From the NCBI GenBank assembly GCA_037719805.1, contig JBBJLZ010000003.1: 64,000 nt of DNA; one strand, given 5' to 3'. Below the pieces are notes generated by a model that saw only the letters and a list, made by a program, of their open reading frames with translations, was not told where the DNA came from and did no database searches. This document shows positions 1-10,715 of this stretch, piece by piece. This DNA comes from Pedobacter sp. Its GTDB lineage: Bacteria > Bacteroidota > Bacteroidia > Sphingobacteriales > Sphingobacteriaceae. Every line of letters starts with the position of its first letter. Within the stretch, counting starts at the first letter, position 1. The translations under genes were made by a program, and so were the position numbers.

Positions 1-2056
1 CTAAATCATATTGATCCGTCGTCTCCCATTTAAGATCAGCCTTTGGATTCCCCAGAGTATACCCCTGATATAGCGTAGGTGTTCCAAAAGAGTACTGCAA
101 TCCTGATAACAATCCCAGACTGCTATATGGGTTTATGCTCTGATTCCCTGTTCTACCCCAGCTTCCCCGGATTTTCAATTCATCAATTGCCTTTATATCT
201 TTAATAAAACCTTCCTCTGAAATCTTATAACCGGCACCAATAGAAGGAAAGTAACCCCATTTATGATTTTGAAATTTTGAAGACCCGTCTGCACGGTAGG
301 TTGCATTTAAAAGAAATTTATCATTAAACGAATAATCTAACCTGCCAACATATGATAAAATTGCCCAATTTGCATATCCTGAACTTATAGACTGCGAAGT
401 ATTTAAACCCAGATTGTTATACCCAGTAGTTACTGTAGTTAGCCCCGATCCTCTTGCAGTAAAGGTATTTGAAGAATTAGAAGTTGCCTCAACAATAGCC
501 ATTGCTTTTAGGTGATGGACTTCATTAAACGTCTTTTGAAAGGTTAAAACGTTACTGTTTTGAAAGGTATAGTTTTCTGAAAGTGACTGACCGGATCCAG
601 CATTATTAGGTACTATCCAGTCATTATTTAAATACGCGCTTTTCAAAGAATTTAAGTCAAGGCCTAAATTAACAGTCAGGTTCAGCCAATCTGTAAAATC
701 ATGTTTTAGCGACCCGTTAAATAGTGCTGAAGTCAAAAAGCTTCGATTATCCTGCTCTAACACTGTCATTAAAGGGTTTGCCCATATAGATGAAACTGAA
801 TTCCGACGGTATACTTGATTTTCGTCGTAGGGAGTCTCCGCCGGACCCCACGCTAAAGAACCTGAAACTGAATTGCCTTTGGAAAGATTACCGTTGTTTT
901 TTGCATTAGCGCGAGAAACGAACAGATTCAGTGTTGCCTCTGTCTTATTCCCTAATTTGCCGGTTAAATTAGATCTTAGCGCATATTTCTTATAATTGCT
1001 GTTTACTACAATTCCTGGCTGATCAATGTAATTCCCCGAAATGAAATATTTTATCTTTTCACTCCCATCAGAGATGGATAGTTGATAATTTTGAAGTGTT
1101 GTCGTCTTAAAAATCAGATCCTGCCAATCGGTTGTAACTGCATTGTCTGGATCTTTAAATACAACTGCTCCTGCTATTGTATTTGCCTGCCTTGCATAGG
1201 CTGGCCCATCCAGCAAGTCATATCTTTTCGCAAGTTTGCTAAATCCTGTAAATGAGTTAAAATTAACAACAGTTTTCCCGCTTCTTCCTTTTTTTGTCGT
1301 GATAATAATAATTCCGTTGGCTCCTCTTGACCCATATATCGCAGTTGCAGATGCATCTTTTAAGACATCAATAGATTCGATATCATTCACGTTTAAATCC
1401 TGAATACCAACACTGCTTAATGCCACTCCATCTACTACGTATAGTGGATCATTCCCTGCATTTATTGAATTTGCACCTCTAATCCTTACTTTTAAGGGTG
1501 CTCCGGGGGAGCCGGAATTTGTATTGATGGCTACCCCAGCAACTCGCCCCTGTAATACGGATTGTACGTTTATCGCCGGTTGATTTTCGAACTCACTAGC
1601 TTGGACAGAAGAGACAGCGCCTGTAAGATCTCATTTCCGCTGCGAGCCGTATCCTACAACAACGACCTCGTTTAATGAATTAGACTCGTCTTTCAGTCTT
1701 ATAAGTAACGAATTATTGTCATTCGGCTTAATCAGATAATTATTAATAGTATACTTTTCATACCCAGAATGGCTAAATGACAGATCATACACTTCATTTG
1801 TTGTAAGATCTGTAAACACAAACATGCCTTCGGCATTTGTAGCTATGTTAAGTATTTTTTTATCAGCACGATTTGTTAGATTCACTGTAACATTTTCTAT
1901 TTTCTTACCAGCTTCATCCAATACCACGCCTCTTAATATAGGTGCTGTTTGGGCGAATGTGTAATTAGATATCAACATCATCAAGGCTACACAGCATACC
2001 TGGAATGTCCGGTTAATTATTGATTTCTTCATGTCAGTTGTTTGATTTTTAAGCAT
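1..2056 (-). pseudogene. SusC/RagA family TonB-dependent receptor (N-terminal part, runs off the window edge), interrupted by an in-frame TGA at 1631-1633
   Basis: ORF 1631-2056 ends VVVVGYGSQRK*. The same frame continues DLTGAVSSV...LQGRVAGV...IRG...PLYVVDG...[18 protein letters not shown] (SusC plug) and reads [12 protein letters not shown] in frame at the window edge. Lies downstream of FecR and ECF sigma. Confidence 0.9.
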
Positions 2057-2107
2057 AAGGGTTCCATTACCATTTTAAGTAGTTTCAATTTTAATTAAGG
2101 TTTACGA

Positions 2108-3139
2108 TTATTTTTTACTAATGATTATCTGATTGCTCTCTTTGGCATAACTTAAATTATTCAGTGCACAAATGGTGGACAAAATATCGTTTAAAGATTC
2201 TCCTGATTTAACTGATCCGGTAAAAGAGAGGCTACTATCCGGATCTATTATATATTCGATATGGACATTGTAACGTTGTTCAAGACTTTGAAATACATTG
2301 CTCAATAATTCTTTTTCAAAAATGAGGTCGGGGTATTTCTTCTTGATTCTTGCAGGCACTTTCGGAACTGTGACAGCCTTATTTATAGTATTTTTTAGGA
2401 CGAACCTTCCATAGTCCAGATTCGCAACTAACGTTTGTCCGGGAATAAGATAAGTATCGATAAAATACTGCTTCTTTTTACGCACGGATCTGACCACAAC
2501 TTTTCCTTCTAAAAGCTTAATCTCCACTTTATTTAAGGCAGTTTTGCTTATGGTAAACGTAGTACCAAGAGCTGTCGTTAGCACATCACTGGAGTTAACT
2601 GTGAAGGGTTTGTTCTTTTGCTTTATAACTTTAAAATAGGCTTCGCCCTTCAACAGGGTTAGGTTCCTTTCCTTAAGGTTATAAGTGCTGGTATAGGAAA
2701 TAGAACTTCCTGGCCTTATTTTAACTATAGACCCATCTTTTAACAATATGGATTTATCAGTTAAGGTCGTGTTGCTTTCGGTAATGACCTTATTTATTAA
2801 GGTTACTGAATGATTGATTTTTTGAGTAGATTCCTTCTTTTGGCCAAAGAATAAAAAAGTACTGGTGATGACAACTATAGCTGCAGCCGTCAAAGAATAA
2901 AGACGGTACAAATATTTTGGTTTACCCTGTTCATGACCAACTTCAATCTGACCCTTTATTCTTAGAAACAAGTCATTATAGTATACATAATCCTTACCCT
3001 TAGGATCCGAAACTATAGTGTTATACTTATTTAATGCATCTCTTTCTAATTGGGAAGGATCTTCCAGGTTTTGTAATAAAAACTTTCGCTCTTCCAACGA
3101 ACATTTGCCCTGCCAAAATTTATCGATTAACTCTTCCAT
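2108..3139 (-). CDS. FecR family anti-sigma factor
   Basis: One TM segment, then L.DGS.V, GEAYFKV and TALGTTF motifs; sits between ECF sigma and SusC. Confidence 0.92.
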   Translation of the reverse strand: MEELIDKFWQGKCSLEERKFLLQNLEDPSQLERDALNKYNTIVSDPKGKDYVYYNDLFLRIKGQIEVGHEQGKPKYLYRLYSLTAAAIVVITSTFLFFGQKKESTQKINHSVTLINKVITESNTTLTDKSILLKDGSIVKIRPGSSISYTSTYNLKERNLTLLKGEAYFKVIKQKNKPFTVNSSDVLTTALGTTFTISKTALNKVEIKLLEGKVVVRSVRKKKQYFIDTYLIPGQTLVANLDYGRFVLKNTINKAVTVPKVPARIKKKYPDLIFEKELLSNVFQSLEQRYNVHIEYIIDPDSSLSFTGSVKSGESLNDILSTICALNNLSYAKESNQIIISKK

Positions 3140-3224
3140 CTTCTTATCATTTGTAAATAGGCTAAAAGCTCCCTTTAGTGATAAAGTAAAAGTTAAGTTT
3201 ATATTAACTAATCAGTCAGGGCAA

Positions 3225-3797
3225 CTAAAGATTTGAAAGGATAACTAGCAGTAAACTATGTACTGTATATATTGACTGACGTTTAATAATGCTTTTTATA
3301 TCATTGGTAGCCTGCTTTAAATAATCATCTACGGATTTTCTGCTTAGCCCCATTATACTAGCTGCTTCATCTAAAGACTTGTTCTCATAGCGAATTAAGG
3401 TAAATGCCTGTCTTTTTCGGGATGATAAACAATCCACCGCTTCAGATAAAATTGCAGATTGGTCTTCCAGTGTTGTGGTACTCTCTTCATAAGATGAATC
3501 TAAGGAGAGGTAATCATCATAATTTTCTATATAGGTGATAGATGTTTTGACTTTTGCTTTTAAATGCGCCAATGCCTTATGATAACTTACAACAAAAAGC
3601 CATCCTTCTATTGATCTTGAAGGGTCAAGAGTCGGCAGACTTTGATGAAGAGAAATAAAAACCTCTTGAAACAGATCTTCAGTCACCTGTTCATCTTTAA
3701 CCAGCTTGAATATATTTTTATAGACTGCATCGTTACACTTTTCATATAATGATTTAAATATCAGATCGAAATCCCTATCATCCGCAAACGCTGCCAT
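3225..3797 (-). CDS. ECF RNA polymerase sigma-70 factor
   Basis: EDLFQEVFISL region-2 motif, C-terminal region-4 HTH, adjacent to FecR. Confidence 0.92.
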   Translation of the reverse strand: MAAFADDRDFDLIFKSLYEKCNDAVYKNIFKLVKDEQVTEDLFQEVFISLHQSLPTLDPSRSIEGWLFVVSYHKALAHLKAKVKTSITYIENYDDYLSLDSSYEESTTTLEDQSAILSEAVDCLSSRKRQAFTLIRYENKSLDEAASIMGLSRKSVDDYLKQATNDIKSIIKRQSIYTVHSLLLVILSNL

Positions 3798-4034
3798 ATC
3801 TATAAATCTTTTTACAAAAGTAATTCGGTAAATGTTAAGAGGAGATTAAATCAGATAGTGTTAGAAACTGCCTTATATAAACAATAGAATGAAAGGATCC
3901 TTTTTCTAGCTTTGACACCAAAGACCAATTCATTTTTAACGATCGATGAATAATTTAATATAAGATTATGCTAATTGCTATTATTCCAGGTGTTTTAAGC
4001 TTAGTATTGGTTTTAATTACTTCTTCTACTTTAT

Positions 4035-4880
4035 ATGTCTGACCGCAGATTATTTATAAAAAGCACTATTACAACATTACTACTTGCAGGGACCTCAAAT
4101 ACTGTCTTTGGATTATCCCAATTCGATCATAACAATTTACCCCAATCAGCACGGAAACTAAAGTTGAGGTTTGCAATTGCATCTGATGGACACTATGGTC
4201 AGCGAGGTACAGATTATAAAAAAGACCATGCGAATATTATAAAGTGGTTAAATGAGGCGCATAGTAGTATTCCACTTAATTTTGTGATTATTAATGGTGA
4301 TCTGGTCCATGATCGTCCGGATTTACTTTTGGAAGTCAAAAATAACTATTATGATCATTTAAACGTTCCGTTTTATGCAATTCCAGGAAACCATGATCAT
4401 ACAGATACGGCAACCTGGAAATCAGTCTTCGGTTATGAAGACAACTTTTCAATGGAGAAGAATGGAGTAGGTTTTGTGTTGGCTAATACATCAAATTCAG
4501 CAGGGGAGTATCTTGCCCCAAATATTGATTTTCTAAAAAAAGAACTTGACAAGTTCACCGCTCTAAAAACAGTTTTCGTAGTCTTACATATCCCACCACA
4601 TCTTTGGGTTGCAGAGAGTGCTTTTGTTGATTCGCCACAAACAGTACAACTATTGCATGATTATCCGAATGTGAAAGCAGTATTTCATGGCCATGACCAT
4701 AACTTAGATGCCGTTTTCTACACCGGCAAACTTCCACACTTTTTTGATTCACATATAGGAGGTAACTGGGGTACCAGCTATCGAGGCTATAGAATAGTTG
4801 AGGTTGATGAGAATGATAAAGTAACAACCTACCAGGTGAATGCTAGTCAATCGCCGACACTCAATCAAACTACACTTTAA
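4035..4880 (+). CDS. Calcineurin-like metallophosphoesterase with probable Tat signal
   Basis: SDGH, NGDLVH, GNHD and HGHDH motifs; N-terminal DRRLFIK twin-arginine motif. Confidence 0.9.
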   Translation: MSDRRLFIKSTITTLLLAGTSNTVFGLSQFDHNNLPQSARKLKLRFAIASDGHYGQRGTDYKKDHANIIKWLNEAHSSIPLNFVIINGDLVHDRPDLLLEVKNNYYDHLNVPFYAIPGNHDHTDTATWKSVFGYEDNFSMEKNGVGFVLANTSNSAGEYLAPNIDFLKKELDKFTALKTVFVVLHIPPHLWVAESAFVDSPQTVQLLHDYPNVKAVFHGHDHNLDAVFYTGKLPHFFDSHIGGNWGTSYRGYRIVEVDENDKVTTYQVNASQSPTLNQTTL

Positions 4881-5074
4881 TATTGAAGTCATTCTAATAG
4901 AATTAAATACTAATAAAGTATAAAGATAGCCAGTCTGCTATTTGTGATGATTTGATTTAAAATGAAATATAAACAGGTGATTATTGTTGTACTTATGTTC
5001 CATATTTTGGCTATTTAAGATAGAATAGGGAACTCTATCCAGATGTTCCCCTTACTAAACCAAATATAAAACCA

Positions 5075-5173
5075 GATGACCAGGTTTGTCGTAGAGGAAA
5101 GAGTCGAACTTCCTTATACCACCAACTGGAACTCTACTTATGGTAATTCTTTACCAATACAAAACTGGTCATC
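5075..5173 (-). ncRNA. Candidate structured RNA (multi-stem, contains a T-loop hairpin); family unknown
   Basis: 14/15-bp stem 5075-5089/5159-5173 encloses stem 5091-5096/5132-5137, hairpin 5141-5156, and a minus-strand GGAAG-TTCGACT-CTTTC hairpin. The G-U pair favours the minus strand. Confidence 0.45.
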
Positions 5174-5292
5174 GCATTTAAACAATAGATTAAGTAAGGG
5201 TCAAATTGCAACAAAGTTCAATTAGTAATATCACTGGAGGTGCTAAAAGATGAAGTTAAAAGAATGTTACTCTTGGAAAGATAAATAACAAC

Positions 5293-5526
5293 TTATGAAT
5301 GCACGCTAAACGAGGCCAAAACTGTTGTAAGCTCCTTGAAGTTAACTGACTCAGGACTTCTGAACTGTTGTTCAAGTAAATACTCGGGCACTATAAGTAT
5401 CCCTCCAGATGAATAAACCAGAACACCTCCTTTGATTTTTTCGTAAGATTCATATGATCCAACCTGTGGGTCAAGCTCATTCAAACTGACTAATAATTCA
5501 TATATAACATACGCTGAAATTTGCAT
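5293..5526 (-). CDS. Hypothetical protein (77 aa)
   Basis: ATG-started ORF in an otherwise non-coding gap; no recognisable motif. Confidence 0.55.
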   Translation of the reverse strand: MQISAYVIYELLVSLNELDPQVGSYESYEKIKGGVLVYSSGGILIVPEYLLEQQFRSPESVNFKELTTVLASFSVHS

Positions 5527-5663
5527 GCGTAAAATTACATAACATTATTTTAGCATCAAGTTATCATTAAGTTAACAAGCAATCTTTTACTTGATTTTTA
5601 TTAACAAGCCTGACACTGAATTCGGCGTTACTATTTAAGATTTTTTAAACATTTGTTCGCAAA

Positions 5664-6143
5664 TTGGCTTTTGCTAAAAATGAAACCTTAGAAATGAATC
5701 TGATCAAATCTATTAATTATAAAAGTATTGTGAACCCGGATTTATCTACTATTGACTGGGATCGAGTTCTACTACTTTTTGTTAAGATAAACTGGAAACA
5801 CAGATTGGTAGATGAAATAGCAAAGGCGTTCAGTATCAGCACCCATACTATATTCATTTATCATAATTATATGATTATCGGATTTGGAAGGGTGGTTGGA
5901 GATGGTCGTTACTATGCGATGTTAGCCGACATTGTAGTTGATCCTGATTTCCAAAATCAAGGCCTAGGAAAGCATATAGTGATGACTTTAAATAGCCTAC
6001 TAATAAATTATCATTTTGTTAATCTTAGTGCTGCACCGGGCGCGGATCAATTTTATAAAAGTATGGGTTGGAAGAAACAATCGACAGCTTTTATCTGGCC
6101 TCAGGGCCCCAAACAATTAAGACAACATTGTGAAATAGAATAG
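5664..6143 (+). CDS. GNAT family N-acetyltransferase (likely start ATG 5694)
   Basis: DIVVDPDFQNQGLGK acetyl-CoA binding motif A; FYKSMGW motif B. Confidence 0.88.
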   Translation: MAFAKNETLEMNLIKSINYKSIVNPDLSTIDWDRVLLLFVKINWKHRLVDEIAKAFSISTHTIFIYHNYMIIGFGRVVGDGRYYAMLADIVVDPDFQNQGLGKHIVMTLNSLLINYHFVNLSAAPGADQFYKSMGWKKQSTAFIWPQGPKQLRQHCEIE

Positions 6144-6295
6144 GGAGGCCGCTTATATGATTTGATAATTAAAACCCGCCGAAAACAGATTTTAATTGCT
6201 CCTATAGGCACAGTAATAAATAATAACTGGTTTTTAAAGTTAACATAATCATAACCTATTATACTCGATCTAAGACCTTCTTTTTTGTTTCATAG

Positions 6296-7204
6296 TTGCA
6301 AACTACCCGTTCAGTTATGGAAATTAAACACATTACATTTATTATCAATCCTGCTTCAGGAAAACAGGAACCAATCCTTTCGCTAATTAATACAGCAATG
6401 GAACAGTTTGATAATCATTGGGAAGTTGAAGTGACAACACGCAACCGTAGCGCAAGTGAAATAGCAGCTGCATTGATCGGTAAAACAGATGTGGTAATTG
6501 TTTATGGTGGAGACGGCACTGTAACTGAAGTGGCTGCTGTTTTGCAGGGAACTGATATGCTTATGGGAATTCTTCCTGGAGGAACAGCAAATGTGATGGC
6601 AAAAGAACTTGGTATTCCGCTGGACAGTACCCAAGCGCTAAATATCCTTAAAGAGGGCGCCTATCAATGCAGAGATATTGACATGGGCCTGGTCAATGGT
6701 ACTCCTTTTTTACTCCGAGTGAACCTGGGTATTATGGCAGATATGGTGCTTGACGCTAACCGGGAACTAAAAGAGAAAGTAGGGCAGCTCGCCTATGGAA
6801 TTACAGCAATGAAGACTGTGGCCAATGCAGATCCAATTAATTACAGAATGGTAATCGATGGGGACGTGATTGAACAAAGTGGAGTGTCACTGACAGTAAC
6901 CAATTCCGGGAATATTGGTATTGGAGACTATGCTTTACAGCCGGACATCAGTATCAGCGATGGTTTCTTAGATGTGCTACTAATGAAAGATACCAGTTTG
7001 TTGTCAATGTTTAAAATAGCTAGCAGTACACTACTTCAAACGGAGACCGAGGCTTTGCTACATTACAAGTGCCGGGAAGTTATAATTATGACGGACCAGC
7101 AGCAGCGCTTTATTTGTGATGATCATGAAGAACAGGGAAGTGAACTGAAGATAAGTGTGCTTCCATCTGCAATTAAGATCTTAACCCCTAAAACTAAAAT
7201 TTAG
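6296..7204 (+). CDS. Diacylglycerol/lipid kinase family protein (YegS/DgkB-like; likely start ATG 6317)
   Basis: NPASG, GGDGTV and PGGTANVMA motifs. Confidence 0.92.
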   Translation: MQTTRSVMEIKHITFIINPASGKQEPILSLINTAMEQFDNHWEVEVTTRNRSASEIAAALIGKTDVVIVYGGDGTVTEVAAVLQGTDMLMGILPGGTANVMAKELGIPLDSTQALNILKEGAYQCRDIDMGLVNGTPFLLRVNLGIMADMVLDANRELKEKVGQLAYGITAMKTVANADPINYRMVIDGDVIEQSGVSLTVTNSGNIGIGDYALQPDISISDGFLDVLLMKDTSLLSMFKIASSTLLQTETEALLHYKCREVIIMTDQQQRFICDDHEEQGSELKISVLPSAIKILTPKTKI

Positions 7205-7759
7205 ATGGTTGCAAGAATAAAAAGCCTGATCACACTGCTCACTATTTTTTGCCATAAAATCTGGGATAATGTCTACCGTGCATTCCGGGGAATGCCCACC
7301 TTAAAGCGAAGCCAGATCACTGCAAATTTATTTTTGGGAAGTCAATACACATTAATGGGTCTACGCAGGATGAAGGCGCTCGGTATTACTGCCATTATCA
7401 ATATGAGAGAGCATTCAGTCTATAGCGAAGCTCAATACGAAGGATTCAAGTATCTGCACCTTCCCACTATTGATAATACTCCGCCTGAACTAAGCGTGTT
7501 AACTGAAGGGGCTGACTTTGCTGATCATGAAATTGCTAATGGTGGCAAAATATACATTCATTGTCGCCAGGGACTTGGCCGGGGACCTACAATGACTATC
7601 GCCTACCTACTAAAGACTGGTCTGAGTTACCAGGATGCTTTCGCACTGGTTAAGAAAGTCCGTACCTTCATAAATCCAAGACCATCTCAGATAAAACGGT
7701 TAAAAGAACTCGAGACGTATTATAAAAACAATAATGATTCAGCGAAGTCAACGCCCTAA
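7205..7759 (+). CDS. Dual-specificity protein phosphatase family protein
   Basis: HCRQGLGR CX5R P-loop; abuts the lipid kinase stop codon. Confidence 0.88.
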   Translation: MVARIKSLITLLTIFCHKIWDNVYRAFRGMPTLKRSQITANLFLGSQYTLMGLRRMKALGITAIINMREHSVYSEAQYEGFKYLHLPTIDNTPPELSVLTEGADFADHEIANGGKIYIHCRQGLGRGPTMTIAYLLKTGLSYQDAFALVKKVRTFINPRPSQIKRLKELETYYKNNNDSAKSTP

Positions 7760-7822
7760 ATTCTTTTCTTTTAAGAAAGTAATGTATTGACTTTAATATA
7801 CCTATATACAAATCAGCTATGT

Positions 7823-8778
7823 TCAGGAATTCGCCAATTGAGTTTTCTCTTTTACCGGAAACAGTCGATTCAACAATCGTTCTATAAAAGGCACTAAAGG
7901 AATAAATATTAATACGCCTGCAGTATTAAAGATCATATGTGCATTTGCAATTTTTTGCTCGATTGCTGCATTACCGGAAATCTGTTCAATAAATGAAGTG
8001 TAAACAGGGAAAATGGCCAGACCAATAGCAATGGAAACAATATTAAACAAAAGGTGAAAGATTCCTGTCTTCAGGGCTTGCCTGTCAGAGCGGATTGTTG
8101 CCAGCAAAGTATCTGAACAGGTACCTAATTCAGCACCTATCATCACGGCAATACCCCCGCCAAGGGTAATTAATCCTTTTTTAGCTAATGTGATAACCAT
8201 TCCAACAGTTGCTGAAGAAGATTGGATAACTAAGGTAACTAAAGCACCAATTGCAGTACCTCGCAGAGGATTGTCCAATTTCTCCATCCATGATAGGAAT
8301 CCAGGATGATCGCGAAGTGGTTCTACAGCACGTTCCATGGTGTAAAGGCCAAAAAATAAGATACCAAAATAAAGGATAACCCTACCTGTATCTGAAATCC
8401 TTTTGCTTTTGGCAAACAGGCTGAGTACTAATCCCAGGAAAATGGGAATCGGAGAATATTGTCCAATATCCAGCGCAATGAGCTGACTGGAAAATGTTGT
8501 CCCAATATTTGCTCCCATTACAATGCCCATTGATTGTCTGAAATAAGCGCCCCGGCATTTACAAGTACAATAGTCATGATAATTACTGCAGAAGACGAAT
8601 CCAAAATAGTAGTGATGACAACACCTGTTAATATTGCGGTAAATATGTTTTTGGTAAAAAAACCAAGCCACTTTTTTGCCTTATCTCCCAGCAGGTATTT
8701 AAGCGTATCTGAAAGGTTGTTAATGGCAAACAGGAAAAGTCCAAGCCCTCCAATAACCATAAGTATGATTTCCCACAT
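7823..8778 (-). pseudogene. Na/Pi cotransporter family protein, frameshifted near 8541-8546
   Basis: ORF 8518-8778 (GGLGLFLF...SSSAVIIM..VNAGAL) and ORF 7823-8671 (FRQSMGIVMGANIGTT...QSSSAT) are two frames of one gene; one base is missing after GCG CTT. Confidence 0.85.
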
Positions 8779-8933
8779 AATTAATTAACAATCTGCTTTT
8801 CAGCAAGTTTCTTCAACTGTGTTAACTTAATATGAACAAATCTGTTTCTTACTCAGTGGTATTATAGCATCCAATTAATTAAAACTAAGTAAGGTTTTAA
8901 GACCACGAAGATTTAAAGATATTACCTTATAAC

Positions 8934-9290
8934 CTAATGATTAGAAATGATTCTGGGCCTTTTTCGTTTTACAGATCCAGTTTCGACCTTAATCACTGAT
9001 AAAGGTGAGCTTAGCTTTGAACCTTTTTTGATTTCTGAATTAATTGCTAAATCAGTAACTAGATTTAGAAACAGTGCTCTCTTCCCCATCTGATTCCCAT
9101 TTAACGCTTCTATGGCATTTTTAGCACCTTCCAGGCTAGTCATTTCGATAAATCCATATCCTTTGCATAGACCAGTGATTTTATCTCTTACTATTTTAAC
9201 AGTTAATACTTCGCCATAAATAGATACTAGTTGAGCAAGCTCAATCTCCTGGATGTTCAAAGGAAATCCGCCTATAAATATTTTAACCAT
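8934..9290 (-). CDS. RNA recognition motif (RRM) RNA-binding protein
   Basis: RNP2 IFIGGF and RNP1 KGYGFIEM; ATG at 9290. Confidence 0.9.
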   Translation of the reverse strand: MVKIFIGGFPLNIQEIELAQLVSIYGEVLTVKIVRDKITGLCKGYGFIEMTSLEGAKNAIEALNGNQMGKRALFLNLVTDLAINSEIKKGSKLSSPLSVIKVETGSVKRKRPRIISNH

Positions 9291-9403
9291 ATTGTAAACC
9301 CACAAAAGACGCAAATATATAAACGAACAAATAATATCATTGAAATCCCAAGCAATTTAACAAAACGATAACTTAAAGCTAGAACAAGCTGACATGGCGT
9401 GTA

Positions 9404-9500
9404 TACCAGAAACCAAGGTATCAACTTGCTATTTTTTCTTTAACTGTGATCTAAAGCATCAATTACGGTAATGAGAAAACATTCTCTCATAAAACGAAGA
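9404..9500 (+). repeat. Dispersed box/palindrome/box element, copy 1
   Basis: Left arm TTTTTCTTTAACTGTG 9432-9448, right arm TACGGTAATGAGAAAA 9464-9479, box TCTCTCATAAAACGAAGA 9483-9500, degenerate upstream box ACCAGAAACCAAGGTA. Confidence 0.8.
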
Positions 9501-9618
9501 TATAACGTCAGTTAGCCACGAATGCTATTTATTTGAACCAATAAAATGGAGGTAATAGTTTTCAGGTGAAATTCTAGTTATATGATATTACGGGTATGTA
9601 TACGGAATTGCTATAATG

Positions 9619-9648
9619 AAAAAAGCATCAGTAATTAAACTGATGCTT
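9619..9648 (-). terminator. Rho-independent terminator of the GIN-domain gene
   Basis: AAGCATCAGT-aattaa-ACTGATGCTT stem; the A-run on plus gives a U-tail on minus. Confidence 0.7.
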
Positions 9649-9673
9649 CTTGAAATCACCCTTACTAATACTA

Positions 9674-10285
9674 CTATTTCGATAAACTACTAAGCGCAAT
9701 TTGGTCAGCCATCATGGCTTCAGAAACATATGATTCTGATCTTAAACTTGCAAAGTCACCCAACTTTACATTTTTTATGTTGCTTGCTACCATGGTACTT
9801 TTATCAGCAGTACCCTTTAGTTTCAGTACTGCATTATCTTTTACTACTGTATATAAACTTCCAACTGTTGTTTTGATTTTGGCAGTTGCGCTTTGATTCA
9901 AGAACAATTGAAGATTTTTAACATCAAAGTTATTGCTTGTCACTACTACGGATTGTCCGTATGCCTCTACCCTTTGCAAATCCTTAACAGTGATGTTAAG
10001 GGTTACCTGGGCCGATTCCGTTGAATTGATATAAAGCGTTTGCCCTTTGCTCAACACGGTTGTCTGGGTTGAATCATAATTGGTGGTCCCTATTACGCTT
10101 GGCTTGTCACCCTGAGTCAAAACGACCTTTACATTACCACTTATCCATATTTTATTAAAACCTTCGGCTGAAGGTGCTGCCAATTCTGTTGCAACTTGTT
10201 CTGTTGCAAAAGTTGTCATTGCTGATGAAGTTAATACTAAAGCTGTTAATGCTGCTGCGAATAATGTTTTTGTTAGCGTTTTCAT
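9674..10285 (-). CDS. Secreted GIN-domain (DUF2807, autotransporter adhesin head-like) protein
   Basis: Signal peptide; FNKIWISGNVKVVLTQG and repeated beta-solenoid-like pattern. Confidence 0.75.
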   Translation of the reverse strand: MKTLTKTLFAAALTALVLTSSAMTTFATEQVATELAAPSAEGFNKIWISGNVKVVLTQGDKPSVIGTTNYDSTQTTVLSKGQTLYINSTESAQVTLNITVKDLQRVEAYGQSVVVTSNNFDVKNLQLFLNQSATAKIKTTVGSLYTVVKDNAVLKLKGTADKSTMVASNIKNVKLGDFASLRSESYVSEAMMADQIALSSLSK

Positions 10286-10481
10286 GTCTTTCTATTTTTA
10301 AGATTTTATTTCGTTTTCTGTTATTAAGACGCCATCAGCACCGAAACGTTGCACGAAAAAACCTTGTAATATACCAGCATGAATAACCCCTAGACCAACG
10401 CCTGCTATTTCTCGACGAACATGGCGAATGTTCACTGACCATCTGCTTGCATTTTATGTTACTGTTGCATAACTAAGCAGC

Positions 10482-10566
10482 ATCACAAAACGAAGTAATC
10501 AATCTAGATCGCAATTTTTCTTTTAGCTGTAAATTCTAAACGGATTTACGACAACAAAAAGAGAAC
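10482..10566 (+). repeat. Box/palindrome element, copy 2
   Basis: ATCACAAAACGAAGT 10482-10496; TTTTTCTTTTAGCTGTA 10515-10531; degenerate right arm TACGACAACAAAAAGAGAAC 10547-10566. Confidence 0.75.
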
Positions 10567-10624
10567 AAGTATATTAGAAAACTTAACTTAAACTTTGGGA
10601 ATAAAGGCATACATAAGCTACACG

Positions 10625-10715
10625 ATTATAGTATTTCGACCGCCTTCGTTCATTTAGCTATAGATCTAAAGCATCAAGTACGGCAAAGAGAAAATAACTA
10701 TCTCAATAAGGAAGA
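10625..10715 (+). repeat. Palindrome/box element, copy 3, preceded by ATTATAGTATTTCGACCGC
   Basis: TTTAGCTATA 10653-10662; TACGGCAAAGAGAAAA 10679-10694; box 10699-10715; the 19-mer 10625-10643 is identical to 24075-24093. Confidence 0.85.

Noticed and set aside
5091-5137. tRNA gene
   Set aside because: It has only acceptor-like and T-arm-like parts, with no D arm, anticodon arm or CCA.
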